64,000 bases of DNA, taken from positions 3,681 through 67,680 of the forward strand of contig CAZSOD010000005.1 of assembly GCA_964608255.1 (NCBI GenBank), in the 5' to 3' direction. Position numbers and translations under genes: made by a program. Origin of the DNA: an uncultured Ardenticatenaceae bacterium (GTDB lineage: Bacteria; Chloroflexota; Anaerolineae; Promineifilales; Promineifilaceae). Positions within the stretch are counted from its first letter, which is position 1. Each line of letters starts with the position of its first letter. The notes under the pieces are model-generated. The model was not told where the DNA came from. It did not search any database and worked only from the letters and a program-made list of their open reading frames with translations. Positions 28,614-38,838 of the stretch are shown piece by piece.

Positions 28614-31025
28614 ATGGGCAAGGCGAAACGGAACGAGCCCGAGTTGCTCGACGGCGCTGATCTCGAGCAGGACTGCCGTCCGCCGGCCGGCGAAGCAGTC
28701 ATCGAAGACATTGCCGCCAAAAGCGGCGCGCCGCCTTTAACGCCGAGTGGTATGGCCGCCGGCGAACCGCCGGATGGCGCCGATGACGATGATGGGGAAG
28801 AGGATCTGCCCACACATGTCACCTGGCTGAATGTGCCCACACCCCTGGCCGACGAGGGGCGCGCCATCGCCGGGTGGCGGCCGCGCCGCGCGCGCTGGTC
28901 GGTAGCGTTGGAGCGCGTGGCTCTGGCTGTCGAACGACTGGTAAACCGCCTTACCGGCCCCCAGTACAATCCGCTCTATCACACCGGCACAATCGCCTTT
29001 TTGCTGCTGATTGTCATCGGCCTGACCGGACTTTATTTGTTTTTCTTTTTCCAATACGGCTACGACGCCTCCTACAATGCCGTCGGCCGCATGGAATCAC
29101 AGTTCATCGCCCGAGCTATCCGGGCTATTCATCGCTACGCTTCGGGCGCGGCAGTCATCGTCACCCTGCTGCACGCTTACCGCACGCTGTTCCTGGAAAA
29201 GTTTCGCGGCCCGCGTTGGCTGGCCTGGCTAACGGGCGTGGCGCTGACGGCCATCATCTGGTTTGCGGGCATTACCGGTTACTGGCTCATCTGGGACGAG
29301 CGAGCGCTGCTCATCACTGATGCCTTTCGGCGGGCGCTCGCGGCGCTGACGCCCTGGAACGCCGCATTCATGGTCTTTCTTACCGGCACGGGTGAGGCAG
29401 GGCGGAGTTGGGTCTTCTTTCTGGTCGTGCTGGCAGCGCACGTCATCCTGTTCCTGACGGCGCTGGGTTTCTTCTATCTCCACATTCGCCGGCTGGCGCG
29501 CCCAAAGTGGCTGCCGCCGACGCACTGGGTCGTCGGTATTGGCGTCATTTTCCTTCTAGCAGCCTTGTTCTTTCCTGTCGGAATGCTCAACCAGGCCAAC
29601 TTAAGCCGGCTCCCGGAATCGATCGCGTTTGATCCCATCTTTCTCTTTTTCCTGCCGTTTCCGGGCGCGGTCTGGTTATGGTTGGGCCTGTTGGTTGTGG
29701 CCGTGGCGGCGGCTGCCTTGCCGTGTCTGTCGAGGAGCGTCAAGCGCCCGAAACCTGTCGCCGCCGGCTCCCGTGCGCCCGCGTCAGTGTCGTCCTTTCC
29801 GCCGGCTCATCCACTCGCGCCGCGCGTGCGCATCCTGAAGGACCGTTGCACCGGCTGCACCAAGTGCGCCCTCGACTGCCCCTACGGGGCGATTGAAATG
29901 GTGGAGCGCCACGACGGCAAGCCGCACAAGTACATTGCCTTGGAGAACGTCGACCGCTGCGTGTCGTGCGGCATCTGCGTCGGCTCATGCGACGCGCTGG
30001 CGGTAGCCCTGGGCGAAACGATGCCCGAGAATCTATGGGCGTTAGTGGCGGCCGGCGGCGCATCGCCACCGCCCGCGCCGCGACCCGGCGGCAGCGATGG
30101 CGCGGCAGTGGCGGTCGACTCCGCCCGGGTTCGCGGTGCGCGAGTCATCTTCACGTGCGAGCGGCACGCGGCGCACGGCGCGCGGCCGTATCTGACTGGC
30201 GTCAAGGCGGATGATCCCAAAGACGTCGTCATCGTCTTGCCTTGCGTCGGCGCGGCCCCGCCAGACCTGATCAGCCGGACGCTTGACGCCGGCGCGGCCG
30301 CCGTCCGCGTGGTTGGTTGCCCTCCTGACGACTGCGCCAACCGCGAGGGCAACTTGTGGACGGCGCTGCGGCTATCGCGCCAGCGCGTGCCCCGTCTGCG
30401 CAAACCCTACGCCGACGCGCCAGTCACGGCCGCGTGGCTGCCGCCCGATGCTTTTAGCGCAGCGCTCGCCCTGCCCATCCCGCCCGGTGAGAACGGTGAG
30501 GCCGATTACGCCGCGACCCGGCACATACTGGCGGACTTCTCGTGGCGCAACTTCCTGCCGGCTCTGGCGTTGCTGGAGCTGGCCCTGCTGGCCCAGATCC
30601 TGCTTACGAATCTGCCCCTGCGGCCCTACGCTGACCGGCCCGCTGTCGTCCAGCTAGTAACGGACGATCTCGGAGCGACCTTCGGTGGGCTGGCCGCGGA
30701 TCAACTCACTGACCCAACGTATACGCTGCGCCTGACCGTGGATGGGGAGGACGCGATGACGGAGGTTTCGCCGGCTGCCGAACTGGTGGGCGCAGCAGGC
30801 GATAGACGACGCCACGCTTACTTTCACGAATTGCCGCTGTCGCCGGGAACCCACGACTTGCGGCTGCAACTGATCGGCGAGGAGACGGGCGCAACCTATA
30901 CCCTCTTTGCCGGGGCGATTAGCGCGGTCGCCGGTGAAGTAGTGCGGCCGTCGCTGGCTGTGGAGCGGGATATTCCTTGTTCCTTTGCCCCGCGCCCGGA
31001 ACGACAGCGGCCGTGTGCCCGATAG
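28614..31025 (+). CDS. Fusion: cytochrome b/b6-like membrane domain + 2x[4Fe-4S] ferredoxin + MvhD/FlpD-like [2Fe-2S] domain + C-terminal TM/extracellular domain
   Basis: HRY-x11-LH and H-x13-H heme ligands, WLTGV..TGYWLIWD; CTGCTKCALDCP and CVSCGICVGSC; FTC..LPCVG..VVGCPPDDCANREGN. Confidence 0.85.
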   Translation: MGKAKRNEPELLDGADLEQDCRPPAGEAVIEDIAAKSGAPPLTPSGMAAGEPPDGADDDDGEEDLPTHVTWLNVPTPLADEGRAIAGWRPRRARWSVALERVALAVERLVNRLTGPQYNPLYHTGTIAFLLLIVIGLTGLYLFFFFQYGYDASYNAVGRMESQFIARAIRAIHRYASGAAVIVTLLHAYRTLFLEKFRGPRWLAWLTGVALTAIIWFAGITGYWLIWDERALLITDAFRRALAALTPWNAAFMVFLTGTGEAGRSWVFFLVVLAAHVILFLTALGFFYLHIRRLARPKWLPPTHWVVGIGVIFLLAALFFPVGMLNQANLSRLPESIAFDPIFLFFLPFPGAVWLWLGLLVVAVAAAALPCLSRSVKRPKPVAAGSRAPASVSSFPPAHPLAPRVRILKDRCTGCTKCALDCPYGAIEMVERHDGKPHKYIALENVDRCVSCGICVGSCDALAVALGETMPENLWALVAAGGASPPPAPRPGGSDGAAVAVDSARVRGARVIFTCERHAAHGARPYLTGVKADDPKDVVIVLPCVGAAPPDLISRTLDAGAAAVRVVGCPPDDCANREGNLWTALRLSRQRVPRLRKPYADAPVTAAWLPPDAFSAALALPIPPGENGEADYAATRHILADFSWRNFLPALALLELALLAQILLTNLPLRPYADRPAVVQLVTDDLGATFGGLAADQLTDPTYTLRLTVDGEDAMTEVSPAAELVGAAGDRRRHAYFHELPLSPGTHDLRLQLIGEETGATYTLFAGAISAVAGEVVRPSLAVERDIPCSFAPRPERQRPCAR

Positions 31026-31087
31026 GCAACCGGCGCGCACCTTTGACAGGCCCCGGCCGGACAATCGTTCCAAACGAAGCTGCGGAC

Positions 31088-31882
31088 CTAATGCTCGCTG
31101 GTTGCCGTGCCGGGCAGCTGCTCAAGAAATGCCCGGATGTGGCGCGCTAGTGTCGCTGGCTGGTCGCGCTGGATGGCGTGGTCACAGTTGGGAATGAATT
31201 CAAGGCGCGCATTCGGGATGCGCGCCGCCAGGCGCAGCACATCGCGCGGCGTGTTACCCACCTCGCCTTCGCCGTTAAGTAATAGGACAGGGCACCTGAT
31301 CGCCGCCGCCTGCTCGTAGCAGATGTTGCCGCCGCGCGCGGTGATGGCGCGCGCCGCCTCAACCCAACCGTTGATCATCGGCTCCAGTTGTTCCGGCCCA
31401 TGGCGTTCGATGATCTGGCGCTTCCACGTATCGCGCTCCGGACCCCAGGCGGAGACGGGCAGCCAGCGTTCAACTGACGCTAACTCCTCCGGTGAGATAA
31501 CGCCCGAAACGCCCCAGGCGACGACGCCGCGGACGCGATCGGGTCGCAGCGCCGCCAGCAGTAGCGCGGCTTCCGCGCCATCGCTAAAACCCAGGACGAC
31601 GACCGGCTTCGGGTCGATGTGGTCAAGCAGGCCGGCGAGATCGACCGCGTCGCGCTGGTAGAAGTCAGGCGGGAAGTCGCGGTTGGGCGGGCGGCTCGCC
31701 CCATAGCCGCGCAGATCGGGGGCGATTACACGGTACTCGCCGGCCAAGGCGTCGATTAGGTCGCCGAGGTCGTCGCGAGCCGTGCCGGTGAAACCGTGGA
31801 TGAGGAGCAACGGGTCGCCCGCCCCCAGGTCAAGGTACGAAAGGTGGATGCCGTTGGCGACGGCGGCCGTCTTGCGGGTCAT
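31088..31882 (-). CDS. Alpha/beta hydrolase (valacyclovir hydrolase/BPHL-like)
   Basis: IHGFTG, PDLRGYGASRPP.RDFPPDFYQRDA, GFSDGA. Confidence 0.85.
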   Translation of the reverse strand: MTRKTAAVANGIHLSYLDLGAGDPLLLIHGFTGTARDDLGDLIDALAGEYRVIAPDLRGYGASRPPNRDFPPDFYQRDAVDLAGLLDHIDPKPVVVLGFSDGAEAALLLAALRPDRVRGVVAWGVSGVISPEELASVERWLPVSAWGPERDTWKRQIIERHGPEQLEPMINGWVEAARAITARGGNICYEQAAAIRCPVLLLNGEGEVGNTPRDVLRLAARIPNARLEFIPNCDHAIQRDQPATLARHIRAFLEQLPGTATSEH

Positions 31883-31891
31883 GTCCGGTCT

Positions 31892-33526
31892 CTACATCCT
31901 GAATGTGCCGTAGCCGCTCTGAGGCAGTGGCGCGTGGGCGGCGGCAGCAAAGGCCAGAGCCAGCGCAACGCGCGTCTGCGCCGGGTCGAGAATACCATCG
32001 TCCCACAGGCGAGCCGTGGCGTAGTATGGGTCGCTTTCGCGGGCATATTGTTCGAGGACCGGCCGCTTGAACTTTTCCTCTGCCAGCCGCATTTCCGTTT
32101 CTGTCGGCTCGTCCATCTGGTGAAAGACCTGCCGCTTGCCGACGGTCCATAACGTGTCGGCCGCCGACTCGCCGCTCATGACGCTAATGCGACTGTTGGG
32201 CCACGAGAAGAGAAAGCGCGGATCATAGGCGCGGCCGCTCATACCGTAGTTGCCTGCGCCGTGGCTGACGCCGTGAAGAAGCGTGATTCGCGGCACGTTG
32301 ACGTTGCTGACAGCCATCACCATCTTTGCCCCGTGTTTGGCGATGCCCTCGTTTTCGTACTGCTTGCCCACCATAAAGCCGGCGATATTCTGCATGAACA
32401 GAAGCGGCGTGCCGCGCTGGCCGCAAAGCTGGATGAAGTGGGTGGCTTTCAGCGCCGACTCGCTGAAGAGCAGCCCATTGTTGGCGACAATGCCCACGGG
32501 AATGCCCATGATGTGGGCAAACCCGCAGACGATCGTCGGTCCGTAGCGCGCCTTGAACTCGGTCAGGCGCGAGCCATCCACCAGCCGGGCGATTACCTCG
32601 CGCACGTCATAGGTCTGGCGCGGGTCAGCAGGGATGACCCCGTAGAGCTCTTCCGCCGGGAACAGCGGATCTTCCGGGCGCTGCGTGGGCAGGGGGACGG
32701 CACGCGGGGCGGCGGCGTAGTGTGGCTCGAGATGGCTGACGATTTCACGCACCTTGTCGAGTGCCTCCTGCTCCGTCTCGGCCAGGTGGTCGGCGACGCC
32801 GCTCAGCCGGGTGTGAACGTCGCCGCCGCCGAGTTCCTCGGCCGTTACCTCCTCGCCCGTTGCCGCCTTCACCAGCGGCGGCCCGGCAAGAAAGATGGTG
32901 CCGTTGCCGCTGACGATGACCGTCTCATCGGCCATGGCCGGGATATAGGCCCCGCCAGCCGTGCACGAGCCGAGGACGGCGGCGATCTGGGTCACCCCCA
33001 GGGCGGACATGCGGGCGATGTTGTAAAAAATGCGCCCGAAGTGGTCGCGATCGGGAAAAACGTCGGCCTGCAGGTGGAGGAATGCGCCCCCGGAGTCGAC
33101 CAGGTAAATGGTCGTCAGACGGTTTTCCTCGGCGATTGTCTGGGCGCGCAGGTGTTTCTTGACCGTCTCCGGGAAGTAGGTGCCGCCCTTGACCGTCGGG
33201 TCGTTGGCGATAATCACGCAATCCACGCCGGAAACGCGGCCGATACCCGTGACGATTCCCGCCGCCGGCGCTTCGCCATCGTACATCTCCCACGCCGCCA
33301 GAGGCGACAGTTCAAGGAACGGGCTCCCGTCATCCAGTAAAGCGTTGATTCGCTCGCGGGCCAGCAGCTTACCACGGAGACGTTGCAGTTCCACGACTCG
33401 CGGCGGCCGGTCTGTCGCCACCTGGTTCTGGCGCTCGGCCAGCCGCTCGGCCAGCGCCTTGTTGGCGGCGAAATTGGCGCGGTACTCAGCGCTATTGGGG
33501 TTGATCTGGCTCGTAAGTTCGGTCAT
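31892..33526 (-). CDS. Acyl-CoA carboxylase carboxyltransferase subunit (methylcrotonyl-CoA carboxylase beta-like)
   Basis: [58 protein letters not shown]. Confidence 0.92.
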   Translation of the reverse strand: MTELTSQINPNSAEYRANFAANKALAERLAERQNQVATDRPPRVVELQRLRGKLLARERINALLDDGSPFLELSPLAAWEMYDGEAPAAGIVTGIGRVSGVDCVIIANDPTVKGGTYFPETVKKHLRAQTIAEENRLTTIYLVDSGGAFLHLQADVFPDRDHFGRIFYNIARMSALGVTQIAAVLGSCTAGGAYIPAMADETVIVSGNGTIFLAGPPLVKAATGEEVTAEELGGGDVHTRLSGVADHLAETEQEALDKVREIVSHLEPHYAAAPRAVPLPTQRPEDPLFPAEELYGVIPADPRQTYDVREVIARLVDGSRLTEFKARYGPTIVCGFAHIMGIPVGIVANNGLLFSESALKATHFIQLCGQRGTPLLFMQNIAGFMVGKQYENEGIAKHGAKMVMAVSNVNVPRITLLHGVSHGAGNYGMSGRAYDPRFLFSWPNSRISVMSGESAADTLWTVGKRQVFHQMDEPTETEMRLAEEKFKRPVLEQYARESDPYYATARLWDDGILDPAQTRVALALAFAAAAHAPLPQSGYGTFRM

Positions 33527-33550
33527 TCTCTGTTCCCGAAAGGGATAATC

Positions 33551-33586
33551 GACGGATTGGACAGGCAGGACAGGTTGGACTGAATC
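33551..33586 (+). repeat. Degenerate 9-bp tandem repeat x4 (GACAGGNTG)
   Basis: GACGGATTG GACAGGCAG GACAGGTTG GACTGAATC in an intergenic gap. Confidence 0.65.
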
Positions 33587-33598
33587 TCCGAAAGCCCC

Positions 33599-34672
33599 TC
33601 ACTGGGCCAAATCTGCGGCTGAGTCTCCGGTAATCTCCAGCACGATCTTGCCCAGCACATCCCCGGCGCGCAGTTGCTCGAGCGCGATTGCGCCATCAGC
33701 CAGAGGGTAGACGGTATCGATGATCGGCCGCAGCCGTCCGGCGAAAACAAGGCCCATGACCGTCTCGTAGTCGGCGCTCGTGCCCATCGTGCTGCCGATG
33801 ATCGTCAGGTGCTTCCCGAAGAGGTAGCGATTGTCCAGCTCGAAGCGCGGGCCACTGGAGTTACCAACGGTCACCAGACGGCCGCCGCGGCGCAGGGCCC
33901 GCAGCGATTGGGCGAAGGTGGCCGCGCCGACGTTGTCGACTACCACGTCTACGCCCCGTCGCTCGGTCAGGCGGTACACTTCGCGGCTCCAGTCCACCTC
34001 ATTGCGGTTGATTAGCACGTCGGCCCCCAGATCGCGCGCCAGGGCCAGCTTGGCCGCCGAAGAGCCGACCACGAAGATCGGCCGCGCTCCGGCGAGTCTG
34101 GCAATTTGGATGGCCGCTGTGTTGACGCCGCCGCCCGCGCCGACCACCAGCACTGACTCGCCCGCGCGAAGACCCCCGCGCGTGATCAGAGAGTGCCAGG
34201 CGGTGACAAAGACCAACGAGGCGGCAGCCGCGGCCGCGAAGGGTACGTGATCCGGCAACGGCAGCAGATTGCGCTCCGGCACGGCGGCGAACTCAGCGAA
34301 GAAGCCGTCGATGTGTTCGCCGAACAGGGCGAAGTCGTCACACATATTGTCAAAGCCCAGGCGCGCAAAGCGGTCAGCCGGGTCGTTGCAGATCGTCGGG
34401 TTGACGGCCACACGGTCGCCGGCCCGGAAGCGGTCAACGTCCTCGCCCACCGCGGCGACTGTGCCCGCGCCGTCGGCCCCCAGGATGTGGGGCAACTTGA
34501 GCCTGAGGCCCGGCCAACCCTCAAGCACCCAGAGGTCGAGCCGGTTTAGAGCGGCAGCGCGGACGGATAACAGGACCTCGTGGCGGCCAATGGGCGGGAC
34601 GGGCAGGTCAAGCAGCCCGGCCTGTTCGGGGCCACCATGTTGTTCGAAGGCCAGCGCCTTCATCTCAGCCAT
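33599..34672 (-). CDS. MDR-superfamily (zinc-binding dehydrogenase/quinone reductase-like) oxidoreductase
   Basis: ALNRLD, PHILGADGAG, TAWHSL, GAGGGV, GVDVVVDNVG, GSTMG. Confidence 0.9.
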   Translation of the reverse strand: MAEMKALAFEQHGGPEQAGLLDLPVPPIGRHEVLLSVRAAALNRLDLWVLEGWPGLRLKLPHILGADGAGTVAAVGEDVDRFRAGDRVAVNPTICNDPADRFARLGFDNMCDDFALFGEHIDGFFAEFAAVPERNLLPLPDHVPFAAAAAASLVFVTAWHSLITRGGLRAGESVLVVGAGGGVNTAAIQIARLAGARPIFVVGSSAAKLALARDLGADVLINRNEVDWSREVYRLTERRGVDVVVDNVGAATFAQSLRALRRGGRLVTVGNSSGPRFELDNRYLFGKHLTIIGSTMGTSADYETVMGLVFAGRLRPIIDTVYPLADGAIALEQLRAGDVLGKIVLEITGDSAADLAQ

Positions 34673-35186
34673 CCAATGTCTCGTCGAGGTTATCCTTGAA
34701 GTAGTCGAGCGCGTCAGCATACGCCAGAATGTCGGCGTCAGTGGTCGTCTCCAGCAGCAGCCCCAGCAGGTCGCTGACCGCCAGGTCGGCGTCGCCGTTG
34801 CTGTAGTGCGCCAGAGCTAGAAAGACCCGCGCGCTGCGGTTTTCGGGAAACTCATCGACGGCGCGCTCCAGGGTTTCGACGGCTTCCTCGTGCTCGCCTA
34901 CTACCCGCAGGGTGCTGCCCAGGCAGACCAGGCACTCTTGCAGGTCGCGGCCGTCCAGCCCGGCCTCGATGGCCCGCCGGTAATAAGGGATGGCCATCTC
35001 CACTTCGTCCATGACGTCATAGGCGCCGCCAACCTCGAAGAGGACGAGAGGGTGGTCGGGGTACACATCCATCAGTTCGAGCAACTGCTCCTGGGAGCCC
35101 TCCAGGTCGTCCTGGCGGCGCAACTCGCGCGCCTTCTCAATCGCCGCGAGCAGCGCGGCTTCGTCGTTGAATCGAGAATCATCCAT
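34665..35186 (-). CDS. Tetratricopeptide-repeat protein
   Basis: AYDVMDEVEMAIPYYRRAI, LGSTLRVVGEHEEAV, FLALAHYSNG; start set at MDDSRF. Confidence 0.85.
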   Translation of the reverse strand: MDDSRFNDEAALLAAIEKARELRRQDDLEGSQEQLLELMDVYPDHPLVLFEVGGAYDVMDEVEMAIPYYRRAIEAGLDGRDLQECLVCLGSTLRVVGEHEEAVETLERAVDEFPENRSARVFLALAHYSNGDADLAVSDLLGLLLETTTDADILAYADALDYFKDNLDETLDG

Positions 35187-35390
35187 GGTTGCCCTCGCGG
35201 GTAGCTCGTGGGGTTTAAGGTAGTGGTCGTTTCCAGAGCGAATGATAGCGCGGGGCAGCCAGCCGGCAAGTTGGACGCAACCGGAGCCCATGCAAGGATT
35301 GATGAAAATGGAGCCTTCGTGGGTGTACTCCGTCGCGGCCGCCGCGCCAGCACGCGGCCGGTAACTGGCATGTTGTGACCCGGGCGGCAA

Positions 35391-36023
35391 TTGAATCAAT
35401 TGGAGTTCGGGCGGGCGATTGGTACACTCCAAAAGAGTCGGCCGGGCGAGGCGCCGCACCTACCTGGCAGGCGCGGTTGCGCAGGAGCGTGGCAGGTGAA
35501 GATCATCAGGCAACGGGTGGCGGGAACTATGCTGGTCGATGGGGATCGGGTTGCGTTGCGGCTGGGCGAAGCGAAGGAGCCGGCCGCCTTTCTGGCCTAT
35601 GCCCTGACCACGCAAGGCATCGATGCTCAAATCCTGCCCGGATCGCTGCTGGATGATTGGGGGACTGAGATCAAGAATCTGACGCTCTATCGCTGGATCC
35701 GCGAAAACGGGCTGCACTTTCCGCGCGCTGAGGTGTTCGGCGTTGACCCACAGGGCAACACTGTGCAGTATTTCGTTCGCGACCTGGAGCTATTTGCTCG
35801 CTACCCGACCTATGCCGCGGCCGACCAGGACGCGCCGCAAAGGACGTGGCGACCCCTGACGGCCGTATTGCTGCCCGACCCGCGCGTTGCCGCGCCCGAA
35901 CCGGCCGCCGTCGCCGCGGAGGCGCGCGGCCCGTTGCGCGAGGCGCGCCTGACATGGTGGCGCGTGCCGCCAGACCAGGAATATCTTGGTTTCCTGGGCA
36001 AAGATCGGTCTGAGCCTGGATAG
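35391..36023 (+). CDS. Hypothetical protein
   Basis: 210-aa ORF with protein-like composition, 3 bp upstream of the next gene. Confidence 0.65.
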   Translation: MNQLEFGRAIGTLQKSRPGEAPHLPGRRGCAGAWQVKIIRQRVAGTMLVDGDRVALRLGEAKEPAAFLAYALTTQGIDAQILPGSLLDDWGTEIKNLTLYRWIRENGLHFPRAEVFGVDPQGNTVQYFVRDLELFARYPTYAAADQDAPQRTWRPLTAVLLPDPRVAAPEPAAVAAEARGPLREARLTWWRVPPDQEYLGFLGKDRSEPG

Positions 36024-36026
36024 AGG

Positions 36027-37019
36027 TTGACCGTGTCGCCCCGGCCCGGTTTGCGCATTACTTTAGCCGCCTGGCTGTGCCGGCTGGGCGGTGTTGCGGC
36101 CTGTGCTGCGCTCCTGCTCTCGTTGTGGGGTCCGGGTGGCACACGTCTGGCCGCGGCTGCCGCCGTGGTTGCCCCCATGCCCGGCGGCGAGGGCCTCCTG
36201 TCGCCGTACTGGGGGCCGCATATACAACGCTGGTCGACCTACATAAGCGCCCTGTCGGCCGCGTACGGCTTCCACCCGGACTTCATTGCCGCGGTTATCG
36301 AGCAGGAGGCGGCCGGCGGTGATAGTTCCCGCGTGGCGCGGGGCGCGCCCGGTCTTCTAGGCGTAACCGCCGCCCCTGACATTGATTGGCGACCGGCAAC
36401 CGAGGTGTTACTGCCACCTTCAGTCCGTTTGCGCTGGGGGATCGCGGTCCTTTCTTACGTTGTACAGCAGGCGGGCGGCGACTTGTATACCGCGTTGGCT
36501 GCCTATCGCGGAGGCTGGGCGCACGTTAACGATGACGCGCCGCGCGAGTACGCCGCCGCCGTGCTTGACCGCTACGCCCGCGCCCTCCTTGTCCGCGCCG
36601 GGCTGTCGCCCGATGTTGCCGCCCGCTGGACTATCGCCGTGGGCATTCACGCCGGTAACCGACCGGACGTATCCCTTCTGGTGTTGGGCAGCCCGCCTGT
36701 CGGTGAGTTACGGACCTATGTCCCCCACACGGTCTACGCCTACGCTGCGCGTGCCGGCGGCGCTTACTTCGTGCGCGGCTACGTCGTGCCCCTGCGCCTG
36801 ACCGACGCCATGACGGTTTCAAGTAGCGGTTTTGGTTCCGATGAACTGGAACCGGCGCTCCGGGCGCGGTTGGGTGACAAGCATGCCCGCGCCCCGGCCG
36901 GCAACGAGCGGGTCCTGCTGGCCTGCCTGCCCAGCCTCGGCCGCCTGCGCGGACAGGTTACGACGCGCTGGTATGGCCCATCGGGCTGCCCGGCCGCCAG
37001 CCGGGCGGGTCGTCCTTAA
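36027..37019 (+). CDS. Secreted protein with lytic-transglycosylase (SLT)-like domain
   Basis: Signal-like N-terminus; YGFHPDFIAAVIEQE, GAPGLLGV, GDLYTALAAYRGG. Confidence 0.65.
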   Translation: MTVSPRPGLRITLAAWLCRLGGVAACAALLLSLWGPGGTRLAAAAAVVAPMPGGEGLLSPYWGPHIQRWSTYISALSAAYGFHPDFIAAVIEQEAAGGDSSRVARGAPGLLGVTAAPDIDWRPATEVLLPPSVRLRWGIAVLSYVVQQAGGDLYTALAAYRGGWAHVNDDAPREYAAAVLDRYARALLVRAGLSPDVAARWTIAVGIHAGNRPDVSLLVLGSPPVGELRTYVPHTVYAYAARAGGAYFVRGYVVPLRLTDAMTVSSSGFGSDELEPALRARLGDKHARAPAGNERVLLACLPSLGRLRGQVTTRWYGPSGCPAASRAGRP

Positions 37020-37063
37020 GCGGCGCACGTGGTACGCTTCCCATTAATGCCGGTTCTTGCCGG

Positions 37064-38824
37064 GTGACTATGAACGAGACAACTTCCGTTTACCCCACCG
37101 AGTTGCGCCCCACAGTCCAGGCGCGCTTTCCTGATGGGCGCGTGCTGGAGGGCGCGCGCGGAACGCCGATCGAGGAGTTCATTCTAGGGGCCGGTACCCC
37201 GGCCGGTGACCGGGTTGTGGCCTCGCTGATGAACGGACGCCTGCGCGAGCTATGCTTCCCCCTGACCGAAGATGCCGACCTCGTGCCGGTCACGACCGGC
37301 AGCAACGATGGCGCGCGCATCTACCGGCGGTCGCTGAGTTTTCTGATGATCGCCGCCGCGGCCGAGGTGCTACCCGATCAAGTGATCACCATCCTGCATT
37401 CCATGCCCTTCGGCGGCTACTACTGCGAACGCGGCAACGCTGAGAGACTAACCGATGACGAGTTGCTGGCGCTCAAACGGCGGATGCGCGAACTGGTGGA
37501 CGCCGATCTGCCGATCAATAATGTGCGCATGCCGCTGGATGAGGCGCTCGCCTTTTTCCGCGAGCAGGGCGATCTCGAAAAGGCCGACTTGTTCGCCCGC
37601 CGCCGCAAGGCCTATTTGACGCTGTACGAACTGAACGGGGTCAAAGACTACTTTCATGGCTTCATGGTGCCGCGCACGCGCTACCTCGACCTGTTTGACC
37701 TGCGCCACTATAACGATGGGTTCATCCTGCAGTTCCCGCGACGCAGCTGGCCCAACGTGTTGCAGCCCTTCGAAGACGAACCGCGCCTGGCTCAGATCTT
37801 CCAAACCTATAAGGATTGGCTGACGATTGTCGGTGTCGGCAACGTGACGTCGCTCAATGAGGCCCTTGCCAGGGGCCGGGCCGGGGAGATCGTGCTGGTG
37901 GCCGAGGCGCTTCACGAGCGGCAACTGGCGAGCATCGCGCGCGCCATCGCCAACCGTCAGCCCGCCGTGCGCCTCGTCGCCGTTTCCGGGCCTACCTCGG
38001 CCGGCAAGACCACCTTCGCCAAGCGGCTGGCGCTCCAGGTGATGGCCCAGGGTATCTACCCGGTTATCATCAGTCTCGACGACTACTTCGTCAACCGCGA
38101 GGACACGCCACGCGACCCGAGTGGAGCCTTCGACTTCGAGGCGCTGGAGGCCGTGGACGTGGCGTTGTTCCAGGCGGACATGCGCCGCCTGATGGCCGGC
38201 GAGGAAGTCCTGATGCCGCGCTATAACTTCAGGACCGGGCAGCGCGAACAGGGGTCGCCGTTAAGTATCGGCCGTGACCACGTGATCCTGGTCGAGGGCA
38301 TCCACGGGCTGAACCCGCGCTTGACGGACCAGTTGCCGGAATCGGCCACATTCCGCATCTTCATTTCGGCCTTTACGCAACTCAACCTGGACAAGCACAA
38401 TCGGGTGCCGACGACTGACACGCGCTTGCTCAGGCGCATCGTGCGCGACGCGGCCCACCGCGGCTATTCGGCCACGGCGACCATCGGCCGTTGGAACAGT
38501 GTTCGCCGCGGCGAAAAGAATTACATTTTCCCCTATCAGAACAGCGCCGACGTTTTCTTCAACTCCGCGCTGGTATATGAGCTTTCAGCCCTAAAACCGC
38601 TCGCCGAGCCACTGCTGCTCCAGGTGGAACAGGGCACGCCAGAGCGGCTGGAGGCCAATCGCCTCTTGGCCTTCCTGCAATGGTTCGAGCCGTTACCCTT
38701 GCCGGAACTTCAGTACATTGCCAGCGACTCCATCCTGCGCGAGTTCATCGGCGGGTCTCTTCTGGAGACGTTCCGGCCCAGCCACTGGTATGCAACTGGT
38801 CACGGCTCCGTGCGTATATCCTGA
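37064..38824 (+). CDS. Uridine/nucleoside kinase with ThrRS N-terminal-like domains
   Basis: YRRSLSF, DLPI; SGPTSAGKTTF, SLDDYF, VEGIHGLNP, RLLRRIVRD, SVRRGE..IFPYQ. Confidence 0.88.
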   Translation: MTMNETTSVYPTELRPTVQARFPDGRVLEGARGTPIEEFILGAGTPAGDRVVASLMNGRLRELCFPLTEDADLVPVTTGSNDGARIYRRSLSFLMIAAAAEVLPDQVITILHSMPFGGYYCERGNAERLTDDELLALKRRMRELVDADLPINNVRMPLDEALAFFREQGDLEKADLFARRRKAYLTLYELNGVKDYFHGFMVPRTRYLDLFDLRHYNDGFILQFPRRSWPNVLQPFEDEPRLAQIFQTYKDWLTIVGVGNVTSLNEALARGRAGEIVLVAEALHERQLASIARAIANRQPAVRLVAVSGPTSAGKTTFAKRLALQVMAQGIYPVIISLDDYFVNREDTPRDPSGAFDFEALEAVDVALFQADMRRLMAGEEVLMPRYNFRTGQREQGSPLSIGRDHVILVEGIHGLNPRLTDQLPESATFRIFISAFTQLNLDKHNRVPTTDTRLLRRIVRDAAHRGYSATATIGRWNSVRRGEKNYIFPYQNSADVFFNSALVYELSALKPLAEPLLLQVEQGTPERLEANRLLAFLQWFEPLPLPELQYIASDSILREFIGGSLLETFRPSHWYATGHGSVRIS

Positions 38825-38838
38825 AAAAGGAGAATTAC

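Noticed and set aside
31892-33526. Carboxyltransferase without biotin subunit, and distant HMG-CoA lyase, as a novel pathway
   Set aside because: Scattered leucine-catabolism genes are common; partners probably lie outside the window
35187-35390. Possible ncRNA or small ORF in the TPR/hypothetical divergent gap
   Set aside because: No convincing stem pattern, RBS or recognisable motif
37064-38824. ThrRS-like/uridine kinase fusion as a novelty
   Set aside because: This architecture is a known, widespread family
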